Of a stretch of DNA of 17,377 nt, positions 15,757 to 17,377 are shown piece by piece. This stretch comes from a bacterium (GTDB lineage Bacteria; Sysuimicrobiota; Sysuimicrobiia; Sysuimicrobiales; Kaftiobacteriaceae): contig JBIOWP010000046.1 of the NCBI GenBank assembly GCA_044868695.1, forward strand, positions 1 to 17,377. The letters run 5' to 3'. Position 1 is the stretch's first letter, and each line of letters begins with the position of its first letter. Made by a program: the position numbers and the translations under genes. The notes under the pieces were generated by a model, which saw nothing but the letters and a program-made list of their open reading frames with translations, was not told the DNA's origin and ran no database searches.

Positions 15757-16275
15757 ATGAGGTCACGCGAGCTGGCCGCCGCGGCAATCTTTGCTGCGGT
15801 GACGTTTGTGGTCACGCGGTACACAGTGATCCCGATTCCGGCGACCAAAGGGTACTTCAATCTGGGTGAAGTGGCCATCTACCTGGCCGCGATTGCCTTC
15901 GGCCCGGCTGTCGGCGCCGTTGCCGGGGCGCTGGGGTCGGGGCTTGCCGATGTGGCGGCAGGGGCGCCGCAGTTTGCGCTGTTCACGTTCCTCATCAAAG
16001 GCATCGAAGGGTACATCGTCGGACGGCTCGCCGGAGCCACCGCCGGCTCGCGGCTGCGCGCGACCATCGGGGGCGGCGCGTGGATGGTCGCCGGTTACTT
16101 CCTCGTCGAGGTGCTGTTCGCGCGTGTGCTGGGCATCGCACCCACCCCGGCGGCCGCGGTGACCGCGGCGCTGACGGAAGCGCCATTCAACATCGTCCAG
16201 GCGGCCTCCGGCGTGATCGTCGCCAATCTCGTGGGAACCCGTCTGCGCGATGCCGCCGGCCCGCGAGCGGCATAG
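15757..16275 (+). CDS. ECF transporter S component (vitamin-binding; DUF1393/ECF-ribofla_trS-like)
   Basis: AAAAIFAAV helix 1, IPIPATKGYFNLGE, FGP..GAVAGALGSGLAD, TFLIKGIEG, PFNIVQ. Hydrophobic throughout, 172 aa. RBS GGGAGG. Confidence 0.88.
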   Translation: MRSRELAAAAIFAAVTFVVTRYTVIPIPATKGYFNLGEVAIYLAAIAFGPAVGAVAGALGSGLADVAAGAPQFALFTFLIKGIEGYIVGRLAGATAGSRLRATIGGGAWMVAGYFLVEVLFARVLGIAPTPAAAVTAALTEAPFNIVQAASGVIVANLVGTRLRDAAGPRAA

Positions 16276-17270
16276 TGAAAGCCGGAAAAGTTCCTCCAGA
16301 ACTGCTGACCCGGCTGGTCTATCCACACCTCGGCCGGCGCCCCGACGTGCTGGTCCGCGCCCATGTCGGAGAAGACTGCGCGGTACTGGATTTCGGTGAA
16401 TGGGTGGCCGTGGCCACCTGCGATCCCATCACCGCCGCCGTCCGCCACCTGGGACGGCTCGCGGTCCACGTCGTCTGCAACGACCTAGCCACGAGCGGGG
16501 CGGAGCCGGTGGCGCTCCTGGTCACCCTGCTGCTGCGGGAGGGGACGACCCCCGAGGAACTGGAGAACATTGTGGTGGAGGCAGGGCGGACCGCGGCCGG
16601 CCTTGGGGCAGAGATTGTCGGTGGCCACACAGAGGTGACGCCCGGCCTCGACCACACGATTGCGGCGGTCACCGCCATTGGGAAAGCGCCCAAGGGCGCG
16701 GTGATCTCGGCTTCCGGGAGCAGGCCGCATGACGCGGTCATTCTCACCAAAGGCGCCGGGATTGAAGGGACGGCCATTCTTGCCTCAGACCTGGCGCCCC
16801 GGCTGGCTTCGGCGCTGGGAGATGCGGCGCTCGCCCGGGCGCAGGGGTTTGTGGACCGGCTCAGCGTGGTGCCGGAGGGCATGCTCGGCGCACGCAGCGG
16901 CGCGACTGCGATGCACGATGTGACCGAGGGGGGAGTCCTGGCCGGGGCCTGGGAGCTGGCTGAGGCGTCGGGGCTGGGCATTGTCCTGCGGGCGGACGAT
17001 GTGCCGGTCCTTCCGGAAACGACCGCGGTCTGCCACGAACTGGATCTGGATCCCCTCGCGCTGATCGGCAGCGGCGCGATGCTCATCTGCACGCCGGATC
17101 CGCGGCGCATGCTGCGGGCGCTGGCCGGCGGTGGGATTCCAGCCGCCGACGTCGGCGTCATCACGGAGCGAGACCGGGTGCTGCTGCGCCGGGGGACGGC
17201 CGCTCCCCTCGTCCCGCCGGCCAGGGACGAGATATATCGGGCGCTGGAGGCGGCGCACACGGCGGGCTGA
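16275..17270 (+). CDS. AIR synthase-related (PurM/HypE/ThiL/SelD superfamily) protein of unknown function
   Basis: GTG start overlaps the TAG of the S component (TAGTG). KAGKVP, GEDCAV, DPIT, NDLATSGAEP, IVGGHTE, AMHDVTEGG, LIGSGAML. Confidence 0.88.
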   Translation: MKAGKVPPELLTRLVYPHLGRRPDVLVRAHVGEDCAVLDFGEWVAVATCDPITAAVRHLGRLAVHVVCNDLATSGAEPVALLVTLLLREGTTPEELENIVVEAGRTAAGLGAEIVGGHTEVTPGLDHTIAAVTAIGKAPKGAVISASGSRPHDAVILTKGAGIEGTAILASDLAPRLASALGDAALARAQGFVDRLSVVPEGMLGARSGATAMHDVTEGGVLAGAWELAEASGLGIVLRADDVPVLPETTAVCHELDLDPLALIGSGAMLICTPDPRRMLRALAGGGIPAADVGVITERDRVLLRRGTAAPLVPPARDEIYRALEAAHTAG

Positions 17271-17275
17271 GCCGC

Positions 17276-17303
17276 TTGCAAACGGTCCTGCGAGCGGTAA
17301 CAT
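17276..17303 (+). promoter_or_regulatory. Putative sigma70 promoter upstream of the TPP riboswitch
   Basis: TTGCAA (17276-17281), 16 nt spacer, TAACAT (17298-17303). Confidence 0.45.
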
Positions 17304-17321
17304 GGTAGTAAACCGCATAGC

Positions 17322-17377
17322 AGGGTGGGGAGCTCGGGGCAGCCGGGCTGAGAGTGCGACCCTCCGTCGCAGACCCA
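17322..17377 (+). ncRNA. TPP riboswitch (THI element), 5' half, truncated by window end
   Basis: TGGGG, P3 stem AGCTCGG/CCGGGCT, conserved CTGAGA, P3a stem TGCGAC/GTCGCA, then GACCCA closing P2. The 3' GAACCTGA half would lie outside the window. Confidence 0.8.

Noticed and set aside
15752..15760. Mini-ORF ATG CGA TGA overlapping the S-component start
   Set aside because: Two codons only, and too close to the RBS to be the preferred start. Likely chance.
16275..17270. Assignment as hypE, selD, thiL or purM
   Set aside because: No C-terminal PRIC (HypE), no N-terminal Cys/Sec motif (SelD), no hydrogenase or purine context, and the DPIT signature differs from typical ThiL. Left as an unassigned PurM-like protein.

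Overview
GC-rich bacterial chromosomal window, densely coding and mostly on the + strand. I see no mobile element, CRISPR array, tRNA or rRNA. In order: (1) 3' end of a carbohydrate ABC permease. (2) A putative operon: acs, coxS-like, coxM-like, creatininase-family hydrolase, stand-alone cNMP-binding protein and a FOXRED2-like flavoprotein. No molybdopterin large subunit is present. A second cNMP-binding gene converges on this operon. (3) A complete CUT1 sugar ABC transporter with a Tat-exported binding protein. (4) An XRE-HTH protein, an SRPBCC protein and a 44-aa prepilin-like small ORF missing from the ORF track, then a terminator. (5) A DegT aminotransferase plus Gfo/Idh/MocA dehydrogenase pair. 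(6) A stand-alone Lrp/AsnC ligand-binding domain. (7) A sigma70-type promoter, an atypical FMN-class riboswitch with terminator, an ECF S component and a PurM-like (AIR synthase family) enzyme. (8) The 5' half of a TPP riboswitch at the window end. The most notable items are the variant FMN-type riboswitch with its transporter/enzyme pair, the cNMP-flanked FOXRED2-like flavoprotein, three unrelated intergenic inverted arrays of 8-9 bp tandem repeats, and the tiny prepilin-like peptide. All family assignments come from motif recognition by eye; no searches were run.
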